From the IMG/VR virus record IMGVR_UViG_3300025723_000068, positions 1 to 44,340 of that record: DNA of 44,340 nt; one strand, given 5' to 3'. The position numbers were made by a program, and so were the translations under genes. The notes beneath the pieces were generated by a model. That model was not told where the DNA came from and did not search any database. It saw nothing but the letters and a program-made list of their open reading frames with translations. Shown piece after piece: positions 1 to 8,914 of this stretch. Source of the DNA: a virus (lineage: Duplodnaviria; Caudoviricetes). Position 1 is the stretch's first letter. Each line of letters opens with the position of its first letter.

Positions 1-486
1 TTTGCCCGTGAGTGGACTAACAACGGTAAACCTAAACACACGAGTATTGGAACAAATAGTCGCATGAGCGAAATAGAATCGGCTCAAATGATGGTTAAAA
101 CAAAGTATATCGATCAGTGGCAAGCTCGCCGTAAAAATATAAGTTTATACTGGATGGGCCGTTTAAAGAATACTGGTATTAGAAGTTTAATTGACGCAAA
201 TAATGCTGACACACATTGTTATCACAAATTTGTTATTGATGTAGATAGTCGTGATATATTACAACGCAACCTAGCCATTAAAGGCATCGAAGCACGGGTA
301 CATTATAAGGAACCCTTACACGAATTACCTGCGTATACAGATTATGCGGGACCAGATATATTAAGTGTAGCAAGTGCATTATCACGCAGAGTATTAAGTT
401 TACCTATATATCCAGAATTAAGTGATCTTGAGGTAGAATATATTATTGACTCGGTACTAGATTGCGCTTTATCAACGCATAACTAG
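1..486 (+). CDS. DegT/DnrJ/EryC1/StrS family PLP-dependent sugar aminotransferase, C-terminal part (5' end outside window)
   Basis: Frame is open from base 1 (FAREWTNNGKPKHTSIGTNSRMSEIESAQ...). Typical DegT motifs: G-x-N-x-R-M-S-E-I, HCYHKFVI, GIEARVHYKEPLH and VLSLPIYPELSDLEVEYI. Confidence 0.9.
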   Translation, partial: FAREWTNNGKPKHTSIGTNSRMSEIESAQMMVKTKYIDQWQARRKNISLYWMGRLKNTGIRSLIDANNADTHCYHKFVIDVDSRDILQRNLAIKGIEARVHYKEPLHELPAYTDYAGPDILSVASALSRRVLSLPIYPELSDLEVEYIIDSVLDCALSTHN

Positions 487-2269
487 ATAACCAAGCCCAG
501 TCGTAGCTTTTCTTTAATTCAGCAAAATCGCCCGCGACTGCCGTATAATATTCTACAGCATCTTCTGCACCTTTTATACTCCATTGTCCTTCTGTATTAT
601 CTCGAGTAAGCCACTGATTTAAACGATATTCGTTTTCCACATTGGGTAGACTATCTTTTAACTTAATGCACTCCCTAAATGCAGTTCTCCAGCAAGTCCA
701 CACATCGGTATGATAGTTTGCAGTTCCACTTAACATAGGAACTACTTCGTGTGCTTGATCCAATGTAAAGTCTAGCCCTGGTGCAGTATTAGATAATACT
801 AACTCTTTATTATATGCTATCATCGACATGTGACCATATACTAATCCGTTTACAGGATTACGAGCGTGAAAAATATAATGCTTAGGCTCTTGTAGGCGAT
901 CTGGTTGCCATGTCCAATCAAAATTACCATCAACTCGCAACTTGGCAAATACAGCAAAGAACCAAGGAGTACGACTTAACTCGGCGGCTGCTCGATAAGC
1001 CGCGACTCGCCCATCAACTGCACTACTGCGATGTCGACGATTATTATTGTTTGTAGTTGTTATGTTTAAAAATGCCCAATTTTCTTCTGCATTAGTTTCA
1101 CCGTTATCAATAAACACTATATCTAATAGTTGATCTGTGTACATATGACGCTGTGTACGATCAATATAAGGATAATCATATAATTGTCGGTTAATATAAG
1201 GGATACTCGTTTTGGGAATTATACTAGTGCCAGCACCCGCACTTAAAGGAACTATAGTTTTGGTCTGTTCTCTCCACAAACTAACAGTAGGAATATCTTC
1301 AATTACGATATTATCTTGATTAGTAAAAATGGCCAAAGGTCCTGCCCATATATTATTTTTAACTGCATCAACTTGTGTACTATAATTATGTCTTATAATG
1401 GGTACGGCTCTGCGTGGCACTGTAACTCCTACATAATTAATATCATACCAATCTAATAATTCTATCTTATCTGCACGGGCTTGAAAGCTGGGCACATGCA
1501 TAAAAAAAGTATCTCCAAACTTATTATTATCCGCCGCAAATACATGTAACATAGCGGCCTGCCATTGTTCAGGATGCCAAGTAAAGTCAAAGTTATCGTA
1601 ATCACAAACGCTACTACATATCCAAATATATTCTTTATCGCAATTACGGGCTATTCTTCGAAGTGTATCTAAATAATTATCAAAATAACGGACAGTTATT
1701 ATCGTATTAATCTTATCTTGTATTTGTGCGATAGTATTAGCTATATTATCGTCTATATGATCTATAATATAAACAGTATCGGCTGTGGGTTCCGTAACTA
1801 TTTTTATTTGATCGACAAACTTTAATTCTGAAGATCCATTATAATATTGTGGGCCACCTGTGCGCTGATGCTGTGTACCAAATTGATATGTATAAGGTGG
1901 ATCCCGATAGTCTGGATGCCAGCTAAAATCAAATGAGTCAGTATCTACACGATCCGGAATGTGCCAATTATCTCGACTGCTTAATCTCGTTAACTGACAA
2001 TCTGCATGATAATTAGTTTCAGTATATCCTTGACGAGGAATTAAATATGTTCCACTATCCCGTTGCCACTGACTGGGCCACGCATGACGCTGATTTTGTT
2101 GCCAAGGCACCGGCTCAAATAAAAAGTCAAACGCCGTATAGTCAGTTAAATAGTTGGTCCACCAGAAATACCTGGTGCGACTCAAAGTTTGTGCATGTTG
2201 AACCGACTCTGCTGGTCGCTCGTGCGCAAATAAGTTGGGTTTCTTTCCAGAATAAAATATATCAAACAT
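443..2269 (-). CDS. Multi-repeat glycosyltransferase-like (GT-A-like) phage protein, 608 aa
   Basis: Repeated FDFxWxP modules. The C-terminal domain (LDIVFIDNGETNAEENW...VDGRVAAYRAAAELSRTPWFF...ARNPVNGLVYG...WRTAFRECIKL) is clearly homologous to 17630..18550. Confidence 0.6.
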   Translation of the reverse strand: MFDIFYSGKKPNLFAHERPAESVQHAQTLSRTRYFWWTNYLTDYTAFDFLFEPVPWQQNQRHAWPSQWQRDSGTYLIPRQGYTETNYHADCQLTRLSSRDNWHIPDRVDTDSFDFSWHPDYRDPPYTYQFGTQHQRTGGPQYYNGSSELKFVDQIKIVTEPTADTVYIIDHIDDNIANTIAQIQDKINTIITVRYFDNYLDTLRRIARNCDKEYIWICSSVCDYDNFDFTWHPEQWQAAMLHVFAADNNKFGDTFFMHVPSFQARADKIELLDWYDINYVGVTVPRRAVPIIRHNYSTQVDAVKNNIWAGPLAIFTNQDNIVIEDIPTVSLWREQTKTIVPLSAGAGTSIIPKTSIPYINRQLYDYPYIDRTQRHMYTDQLLDIVFIDNGETNAEENWAFLNITTTNNNNRRHRSSAVDGRVAAYRAAAELSRTPWFFAVFAKLRVDGNFDWTWQPDRLQEPKHYIFHARNPVNGLVYGHMSMIAYNKELVLSNTAPGLDFTLDQAHEVVPMLSGTANYHTDVWTCWRTAFRECIKLKDSLPNVENEYRLNQWLTRDNTEGQWSIKGAEDAVEYYTAVAGDFAELKKSYDWAWLSSYALIKRNLVPSQ

Positions 2270-3401
2270 GATTAGAATTGACGAAATACACGAAAATACT
2301 TTGTTTGCTTGGCTTCGAACAAATAGATTTGGCGTTAGAAGTTTTCACATGGATCCTATAGGTGCCAGCAGTCCAGAAAATATTGCGTGTCAAGGTACAG
2401 AACTAGCTTGGGAACACAATTATATAACATTTTTTGATGCAGAGCCAATCAATTTGGAGCGATTCCGTGCAACATTTGATCAAATAAGATACGATCTAGC
2501 ACAGGATATACATCTACGCAGACCCGCGGATCAAATAGGCTACTTTGTTACCAGTGAACATGCTTCAGAAAATGTTGAACAACTGTGTAATATATATGGC
2601 TGGCGACCTTTATACTATTTTTTCTGGGGTTGGGCTGCACTAGATTGGTATAGAGGCTATGATCACACATTTTTAATCAAGGCCCCTGAGCTTCGCCGGA
2701 TTGAACGGACATTTTTAGCTCCAAATAGAATCACAGGCGGAGCTCGACGTCATAGATTAGAACTGTTATATTATATTTTTAAATATAATCTCGGGGACAA
2801 TTATGTCAGTTGTCCTGAAATATGTCCAGCGGAAGGTACCACAATAGAGGAGCAATTAAGACCTTTAGAAATTCAGTACCCGGATATACAACAGGTATTT
2901 GCCCGTCAAGCACTGCCGTTAAACATGCCAGGAGAAACCGGACATCCCATGCACTCGTGCTGGCTGAGTTTATTTCGAGAAGCAGAATCTAGTTTATTAT
3001 ATCTAGTAAGTGAAACAGTGGCCACCGGACAGCGGCATCAATTAACAGAAAAAACATTTAAACCTATCTGTTTAAGAATGCCTTTTATCATACACTCAAC
3101 ACAGGGCAGTTTAGAATACCTGCGCAGCTATGGATTTAGAACCTTTGACCTGATATGGAATGAAAGTTATGACCAAATTGCCAACGACCAAGAGCGCATA
3201 CAGGCCATAGCTGACTTGCTACAGGAATTAAACAGTTTGACCACGGCGCAACGGCAACAGCTATACGATCGAGCCAGACCCATAGTAGAATATAATTACC
3301 AGCATTTTTATTCGGGCAGTTTTAAAAATGTATTATGGCGAGAGTTAACCCAAATGCTTGACAGTATTCCCCTGGATAGACCTACAAATTTAAATGATTA
3401 G
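2268..3401 (+). CDS. Putative glycosyltransferase ('ET..TEKTFKP' family, GT10-like C-terminal motif), paralog 1
   Basis: 377-aa ORF with LVSET...LTEKTFKPI...PFII...GSLEYLRSYGFRTFDLIWNESYD, which resembles the EN..Y.TEK nucleotide-sugar-binding motif of GT10 fucosyltransferases. Confidence 0.55.
   Translation: MIRIDEIHENTLFAWLRTNRFGVRSFHMDPIGASSPENIACQGTELAWEHNYITFFDAEPINLERFRATFDQIRYDLAQDIHLRRPADQIGYFVTSEHASENVEQLCNIYGWRPLYYFFWGWAALDWYRGYDHTFLIKAPELRRIERTFLAPNRITGGARRHRLELLYYIFKYNLGDNYVSCPEICPAEGTTIEEQLRPLEIQYPDIQQVFARQALPLNMPGETGHPMHSCWLSLFREAESSLLYLVSETVATGQRHQLTEKTFKPICLRMPFIIHSTQGSLEYLRSYGFRTFDLIWNESYDQIANDQERIQAIADLLQELNSLTTAQRQQLYDRARPIVEYNYQHFYSGSFKNVLWRELTQMLDSIPLDRPTNLND
2914..2971 (+). 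repeat. 58-bp perfect direct repeat, copy 1 (copy 2 at 4007..4064)
   Basis: tgccgttaaacatgccaggagaaaccggacatcccatgcactcgtgctggctgagttt is identical in both paralogs. Confidence 0.95.
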
Positions 3402-4464
3402 AATAGACGAAATATACGACTCGATCTTTGTGCCCTGGGCTCTGCCACGCGATCGGACTGGAATACACTGGTTTGACCCGTTTGGCAGCACTCGCTATGC
3501 AGACCTGGTCAATCGCCCGCAGGTTGGTGGCCCGGGCTGTACCCGCTATTTGTTTTGGGATCAAGAACCCATAGAACTAGAGTCGCTGGCAACTCTAGCA
3601 CAATTTCGAGCAGAATACTGGGGCAATCAACACCTGATCACCAGTGAAAAAAACAGCAAACTGGCCAGAGAAGTATGCGAAAAATACGGCTGGCAGCAGC
3701 ACTATTATTTCTTTCACGGCTGGGCAGCACTAGATTGGTATAGAGGCTATGATCGTAGTCTTTTGATACAGCCACCGGGGGAACGACGCATAACGAAAAC
3801 ATTTATTGCGGCCAATCGCATAGTGGGCGGGCGTAGACAACACAGACTCAAAATGCTGTATTATATTTTTAAATATAATCTCAAGAACAATTATGTCAGT
3901 TGTCCTGAAACATGTCCGGTGGAAAATCAACCAACTGTACAGTTGGCGGCCCAGTTGAGCGACGTTATATATCCGGCTGCACAAGAGACGTTTGCAGCAG
4001 AGGCGTTGCCGTTAAACATGCCAGGAGAAACCGGACATCCCATGCACTCGTGCTGGCTGAGTTTGTTCCAGGAATCTGCAGAATCCCTGCTGTATCTGGT
4101 GACAGAAACAGTGGCCGACGGTGAACGACTGCATCTAACAGAAAAGACTTTTAAACCTATTGCGCTGCAGATGCCGTTTATCATAGTGGGCACACCGGGC
4201 AGTTTAGAGTACTTGCGCAGCTACGGTTTTAGAACCTTTGACCTGATATGGAATGAAAGCTACGATCAAATAGCAGATCAGGATGACCGTATACAGGCCA
4301 TAGCTGACTTGTTAAAACAGTTAGACAGCTTGACACCGCGGGAACAACAGGCATTATATGCCAGTGCGCAGGATATAGTGGTGCACAATTATCAGCATTT
4401 TTATTCAGGTGCATTTGAGCAAATACTCTGGCAGGAATTATGCAGCATGTTGGCAGAGTTTTAA
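3394..4464 (+). CDS. Putative glycosyltransferase ('ET..TEKTFKP' family), paralog 2
   Basis: 356-aa tandem paralog of 2268..3401 with the same MIRIDEI start and shared motifs; 8-nt overlap with the upstream gene. Confidence 0.55.
   Translation: MIRIDEIYDSIFVPWALPRDRTGIHWFDPFGSTRYADLVNRPQVGGPGCTRYLFWDQEPIELESLATLAQFRAEYWGNQHLITSEKNSKLAREVCEKYGWQQHYYFFHGWAALDWYRGYDRSLLIQPPGERRITKTFIAANRIVGGRRQHRLKMLYYIFKYNLKNNYVSCPETCPVENQPTVQLAAQLSDVIYPAAQETFAAEALPLNMPGETGHPMHSCWLSLFQESAESLLYLVTETVADGERLHLTEKTFKPIALQMPFIIVGTPGSLEYLRSYGFRTFDLIWNESYDQIADQDDRIQAIADLLKQLDSLTPREQQALYASAQDIVVHNYQHFYSGAFEQILWQELCSMLAEF
4007..4064 (+). repeat. 58-bp perfect direct repeat, copy 2
   Basis: Identical to 2914..2971. Confidence 0.95.
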
Positions 4465-4625
4465 ATATAAGATAAAGATAATAAAGATAATATGCAAAAT
4501 AATATCAGGATTATGCTGTACAGTGTAGATACAGCAGAAATTACTTTTTCGTGGGGTTCCCTGGATGGCAAATGATTTTATAGTATCAACTGCTACAATC
4601 ACCAGGTCTAGCGGGGCCGTACGAC

Positions 4626-5825
4626 ATGGCCTTTAACTTTGTATTCGATCGGCGTAACGATAGCCGTCCGTATCCTAATCTAGCGCCGCTCATGGATAAT
4701 CCACACGACAGCTATGCCGGAATGGGCGATTCGTATCCGCGTATAGCACCTTGCAGACTATTACTGTACTGTGATGATCACGGTTATCCCTACTCAGTCA
4801 GTTATACCGACGAGGCCTTGCCCGAATCTGCACTGTACCCAGTGGGCCTGGCCTGGTTTGATTACAGCCTGGATTATTTTGGTATGATACCCGCTGACAC
4901 CCTAGAGCTAGTAAAATCTGGGCAATTGCGTGTGCTGTTCTACTATCACGAAGGAGATAATCCTTCGCGTGAAGCTGATCGTTTAACAAGTCTATGCCAG
5001 CAGCATGGCTTGGCCACAGACTCGTATCGTTTCGTGTCGGGCAATACTCAAGCTGACACCATAGCCAACTTTGTTTACTTTGCAGATCATGAGCTGTTTT
5101 ACTGGCGCAACGGTGTGGTTTGGAACGGACAGGCCATGCCCTGGGTCCAGGCACACAGTGATCATCGCAGTCGCAGCTTTACCCTGCTGAGTCGTGTACA
5201 CAAGTGGTGGCGCAGCACTATAGTAGCTTACTTTGAACAACAGGGCCTGTTGGACACAAATCGTGCCTACTGGAGCTATGGCGATTCGACCATAGGAGAT
5301 CTACCGGAAAATAACCCCATACAGCTTGATCAGTTTCCGGGACTAGATCTCTATATGCAGCAGTTTTTGGCCGGCGGCCCTTATCGTTGTGACAATCTTT
5401 CCAGCGACGAGCATAATCAGCATTGGCTCATGGCCGAGTACCTGTACAGTGATTCATACCTGTCGTTGATACTGGAAACCCTGTATGATGCTGAACAATC
5501 CGGTGGTGCTTTCATCACTGAAAAGACTTTTAAAGCAGTGTTGAATGGGCATCCTTTTGTTATTTTTGGCTGTGCTGGCACCTTGGCCACCCTAAGAGAC
5601 CTGGGCTATCGTACCTTTGATGGGCTGATAGACAACTCATATGACACTGTACAGGACAATACTCAACGCTTTCGTGCCACTGTGCAGGCAATTTGCTTGC
5701 TGCTGGATCAGGATCTGCATGCTTGGTATCAACAGTGCCGTCCGGATATTGTACATAATCAACAGTTGTTTGTGGCCAATAAACGCAGTCGTTTGGCCCG
5801 ATTAGATCTGCAGCTACAGACATGA
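4626..5825 (+). CDS. Putative glycosyltransferase ('ET..TEKTFK' family), paralog 3
   Basis: 399 aa with LILET...FITEKTFKAVLNGHPFVIFGCAGTLATLRDLGYRTFDGLIDNSYD. Confidence 0.55.
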   Translation: MAFNFVFDRRNDSRPYPNLAPLMDNPHDSYAGMGDSYPRIAPCRLLLYCDDHGYPYSVSYTDEALPESALYPVGLAWFDYSLDYFGMIPADTLELVKSGQLRVLFYYHEGDNPSREADRLTSLCQQHGLATDSYRFVSGNTQADTIANFVYFADHELFYWRNGVVWNGQAMPWVQAHSDHRSRSFTLLSRVHKWWRSTIVAYFEQQGLLDTNRAYWSYGDSTIGDLPENNPIQLDQFPGLDLYMQQFLAGGPYRCDNLSSDEHNQHWLMAEYLYSDSYLSLILETLYDAEQSGGAFITEKTFKAVLNGHPFVIFGCAGTLATLRDLGYRTFDGLIDNSYDTVQDNTQRFRATVQAICLLLDQDLHAWYQQCRPDIVHNQQLFVANKRSRLARLDLQLQT

Positions 5826-6749
5826 CCCAGGTGCTGGAATACTCGTTTAGATCCGGTGGGTTTGGCATAGCTATTATGGAAATCAGCATGCTGTTGCACA
5901 CCGGACTAGAGTTGGTGTGCCGGGTTCCCACAGCCGGTCATCCGTTGTTTGATCTAAAGCGTATATGGCAAGTGCCCGACAGTCGCATGACTATTCAACT
6001 GGCGGAAAACTGTGGGTGGCATCCGGCCAGCAACGACATGATCAAGGCATTTAGTCCTTACTATATGCCAGAACGGGTCAGTCTGTTTGGACAAGAATAT
6101 GCCACCGGGCGGACGGGTCGTCCCTGCATAGGATTGGCCATGCATGCTTATGGTCTAGGCGATGACCGGCCGATTCGACTGAGTCCTTATCATAAGTTTG
6201 CTACCCGTGAAATCTACGATCAAATTGTGGCCTTGTGCGATCGCAGCGGCTACGATGTGGTCACTGTGAACCAACCCGGCATGTCGGTCGAGCACAAGGC
6301 TTTTTTGCTGACCGAATACTGTGCAGCTCTGATCAGCTACGAAGGTGGTGCGGCACATCTGGCACATACCCTCAGTGTACCTTGTATTGTATTGCCCTGG
6401 CGGTATAACGGCGACGGTGACACAATCGAACCCGGCTGTCAGATCACTCAAATAGCACACAGCTATCACATGGATCGTCGTACCTATTTCCCTGTCACAC
6501 AAGAAGAAATCACTTAGTGATTTCTTCTTAGAAGAAATCACTCAGTGGACTCCAGCGGATCTACACAGTTGTATTGACCGTTTACATCGACGGGAGGGCA
6601 ACAATATCTATTATCAACCTGGAGTATATCTGGATCGCGCCAATTTAAAATTTGTTGGGCTGGTCAACAACGATCCGTTCGACACTGGGGAATTATGGCG
6701 GACCCGAGAGTTTATACGCAAATACAATCCTGACCCGCGTTTATACTAG
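5822..6749 (+). pseudogene. GT9 (heptosyltransferase)-like glycosyltransferase interrupted by a 28-bp insertion (231 aa as assembled, ~299 aa reconstructed)
   Basis: LISYEGGAAHLAHTLSVPCIVL matches the GT9 D/E-S/G-G-x-x-H-L-A...P motif. The ORF stops at 6517 inside a fold-back insertion. Deleting 6515..6542 restores 68 more codons, ending at TAG 6747..6749. Confidence 0.7.
6501..6542. repeat. A-A'-A inverted triplication (two overlapping perfect hairpins)
   Basis: aagaagaaatcact (6501-6514), t, agtgatttcttctt (6516-6529), agaagaaatcact (6530-6542). Confidence 0.95.
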
Positions 6750-8209
6750 CTGTAGACCCGTACTCCATAGAGTCGTTCAAATCGGTCGGCATCTGCTCGA
6801 TCGTTGACCATGGGTTCACCGCGTATGTTAAGGCTAGTGTTTAACAGCATGGGGCATCCTGTTTGATCATACCAAGCTTCTAATAGCCTGCGTATGCCCG
6901 AGCCGTCCGCGGGCACTGTTTGTATACGGCTAGTACCGTCATAGTGTACAATAGCAGGGTATAAGTCTGGCTGCCTACAACGGCCCACAATCTGCATATA
7001 ACGACTATCCACAAAACCACTGGGCAAGTCGAAATATGCATGCACATGCTCTTCTAGTACCACAGGTGCAAAGGGTCTGAACTGTTGTCTACGCTTGATC
7101 TCGTTGACACGATCCTTTATATCAGGTCCTCTAGGGTCGGCCAGAAGACTTCTATTGCCCAGGGCTCGGGGCCCAAATTCAGCTCGTCCACTAGCAACTC
7201 CACAGATCTGATCTCGGAGTAAATGATCCAGGACGGCATTGACAGGATATTCACCGCTGATGTCTGTACCAAGGTATGCGTTAGTCCACTTAATTCTTCT
7301 ACCGTACGCAAGGGCAGCAGCTCCAAGGCTGCTGCCAGCATCGCCAGGACAAGGCATAATCCATACGTTTTCAAAGTAATCACCTAAATTTCTATTGGCC
7401 AAACAGTTGAGCGCAACGCCGCCTTGATAGACCAAATTGGGACTAGACCCCAATGCTCGGGCCCGCTGCATCACTTTATATATCTCTTGCTCCACTACGA
7501 CCTGCGCACTGGCTGCAATATCTACATCTCGTGCTGTGGGTAGGAACATGTGATCTATGCCCAGGTGTAGGTTTTCTTCAAGCAAGAGCTGTATGGTGTC
7601 GGTGTATCTGGGGTTGCCCCATGCAGCCATGCCCATGGTTATATACTCTTCATCCATGGGGCGTAAGCCCATGCGCTCTGTTACGGCACTGTAGAACAGG
7701 CCTATGCTCCTGGGATAGCGTTGGCTCCAAAGACGCTTGTACGTTGCTCGACCTTTGCGATCGTATTCAGCAGCCCATATAGTTGCCGAATCCCACTCGC
7801 CTATAGCATCTATTACCACAACTGTGGCCTGATCAAATGGGCTAGTTTGAAATCCGGCTGCAGCATGACTAAGATGATGCCCGTGTGTGCTAACAGGCAC
7901 ACTACTAAAATATCCGTACAGTTGCTCACGAAGCACTTGTCCAGTAGTGATACGCGACCACTCTATGCCCTGTCCTGAGTATAGCTGTCTAAGCTGGCGA
8001 CGCCAGGGTGTTTCATAATAGGCAATGTGATCTACGGGTCGTCCCTGAGCTGCTTCTGACAACATATCTACATTTAAGTTAGCATCGTTCTTTTGTTTGC
8101 TATAACGCTCTGCATGTCCAGCATACAGGATCGTGCCACGGGTGTCGATGACAGTGCAGGCTGCGTCGTGATAGCCTGCACTAATTCCTAATATGTTCTG
8201 CAATTTCAC
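6746..8209 (-). CDS. Carbamoyltransferase, NodU/CmcH/TobZ family
   Basis: Motifs ILGISAGYHDAA, HHLSHAA, VIDAIGE, GGVALNC, GRAEFGPRALGNRSLLADP, IKRRQQFRPFAP and LLNTSLNIRGEPMV. Confidence 0.95.
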   Translation of the reverse strand: MKLQNILGISAGYHDAACTVIDTRGTILYAGHAERYSKQKNDANLNVDMLSEAAQGRPVDHIAYYETPWRRQLRQLYSGQGIEWSRITTGQVLREQLYGYFSSVPVSTHGHHLSHAAAGFQTSPFDQATVVVIDAIGEWDSATIWAAEYDRKGRATYKRLWSQRYPRSIGLFYSAVTERMGLRPMDEEYITMGMAAWGNPRYTDTIQLLLEENLHLGIDHMFLPTARDVDIAASAQVVVEQEIYKVMQRARALGSSPNLVYQGGVALNCLANRNLGDYFENVWIMPCPGDAGSSLGAAALAYGRRIKWTNAYLGTDISGEYPVNAVLDHLLRDQICGVASGRAEFGPRALGNRSLLADPRGPDIKDRVNEIKRRQQFRPFAPVVLEEHVHAYFDLPSGFVDSRYMQIVGRCRQPDLYPAIVHYDGTSRIQTVPADGSGIRRLLEAWYDQTGCPMLLNTSLNIRGEPMVNDRADADRFERLYGVRVYS

Positions 8210-8816
8210 AGGCTATCCTTTCATGTCCTAGTTCTAGTGGGTGTCCGCCTGGCCCAAAGGGTGCATCTGCTGCTATTTCGATCATACCGCGGTGAGGCCA
8301 CCCCACAAAGCGACTCTGGTCAAGTTGATTCCACAGTGGCTCTAATTCAGCCCGGTGTTGATCATACCTGTCGTGTAGTCCAGCTATATTAATCATTAAA
8401 TACGGTTGCTTGAGTTGTTTAAACAGGCCTTGCAATGACAGCATATAACAAGTCCATAATTGATAGTGATAGCTGTCTGAGTAGTGTCGAGCATAGTATT
8501 CGCGGACCCAGTCTTCTCTGCAAGAACTTGCCATTATCTTTTGGGTATGATGGGCTGTTATAGATGTTGGATCCCCTGCCGAAGTGGTCAGCTCTATACG
8601 ACTAACATCGGTCCACCCAATGACCACTAGATCATACCTGTGTTGACTAACAGCTCTGACAGCATGTCTAAATATATAGGTGTTGCCCTGAGCTTGACGG
8701 CCTTGGTTATCAACTTCAAGACCCAACAGTTGCCCCAATTTGACAGGCCATGCTGTTTGCTCCGGGTTGGCCAATTCAGCGCCATGTGTAAAACTATCGC
8801 CCAGTGTCAAAATCAT
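8181..8816 (-). CDS. SGNH/GDSL hydrolase-fold protein (possible esterase or O-acyltransferase)
   Basis: N-terminal LGDSFTHG block I and C-terminal GHP..GH block V. Confidence 0.8.
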   Translation of the reverse strand: MILTLGDSFTHGAELANPEQTAWPVKLGQLLGLEVDNQGRQAQGNTYIFRHAVRAVSQHRYDLVVIGWTDVSRIELTTSAGDPTSITAHHTQKIMASSCREDWVREYYARHYSDSYHYQLWTCYMLSLQGLFKQLKQPYLMINIAGLHDRYDQHRAELEPLWNQLDQSRFVGWPHRGMIEIAADAPFGPGGHPLELGHERIACEIAEHIRN

Positions 8817-8914
8817 TTATAGATAAACGGATCTCTTTTACGCAATTCTTTAAGCTTCCGACGATAGTTAATCTCTAGTCTAATACGACTGATTAAGTTT
8901 TTTATCCAAGACAT
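8813..8914 (-). CDS. Small basic protein, 33 aa (MSWIKNLISRIRLEINYRRKLKELRKRDPFIYK); not in ORF track
   Basis: Translated by hand. It fills the gap exactly, has an ATGA overlap with the SGNH gene and overlaps the upstream stop. Confidence 0.8.
   Translation of the reverse strand: MSWIKNLISRIRLEINYRRKLKELRKRDPFIYK

Noticed and set aside
2268-4464. Diversity-generating retroelement TR/VR pair
   Set aside because: Both copies are full coding paralogs, the differences are not adenine-specific, and no reverse transcriptase is present in the window.
4465-4625. Short ORF 4492..4575 (27 aa), aaagataat mini-repeat and a TAAATA at 4462
   Set aside because: There is no coupling to neighbours, clear RBS or recognisable motif, so it cannot be told apart from AT-rich spacer sequence.
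6515-6520. Stop-codon reassignment or read-through explaining the short GT9-like gene
   Set aside because: TAG is followed immediately by TGA and the continuation is in another frame (28-bp insertion). TAG and TGA both end other genes normally in this window.
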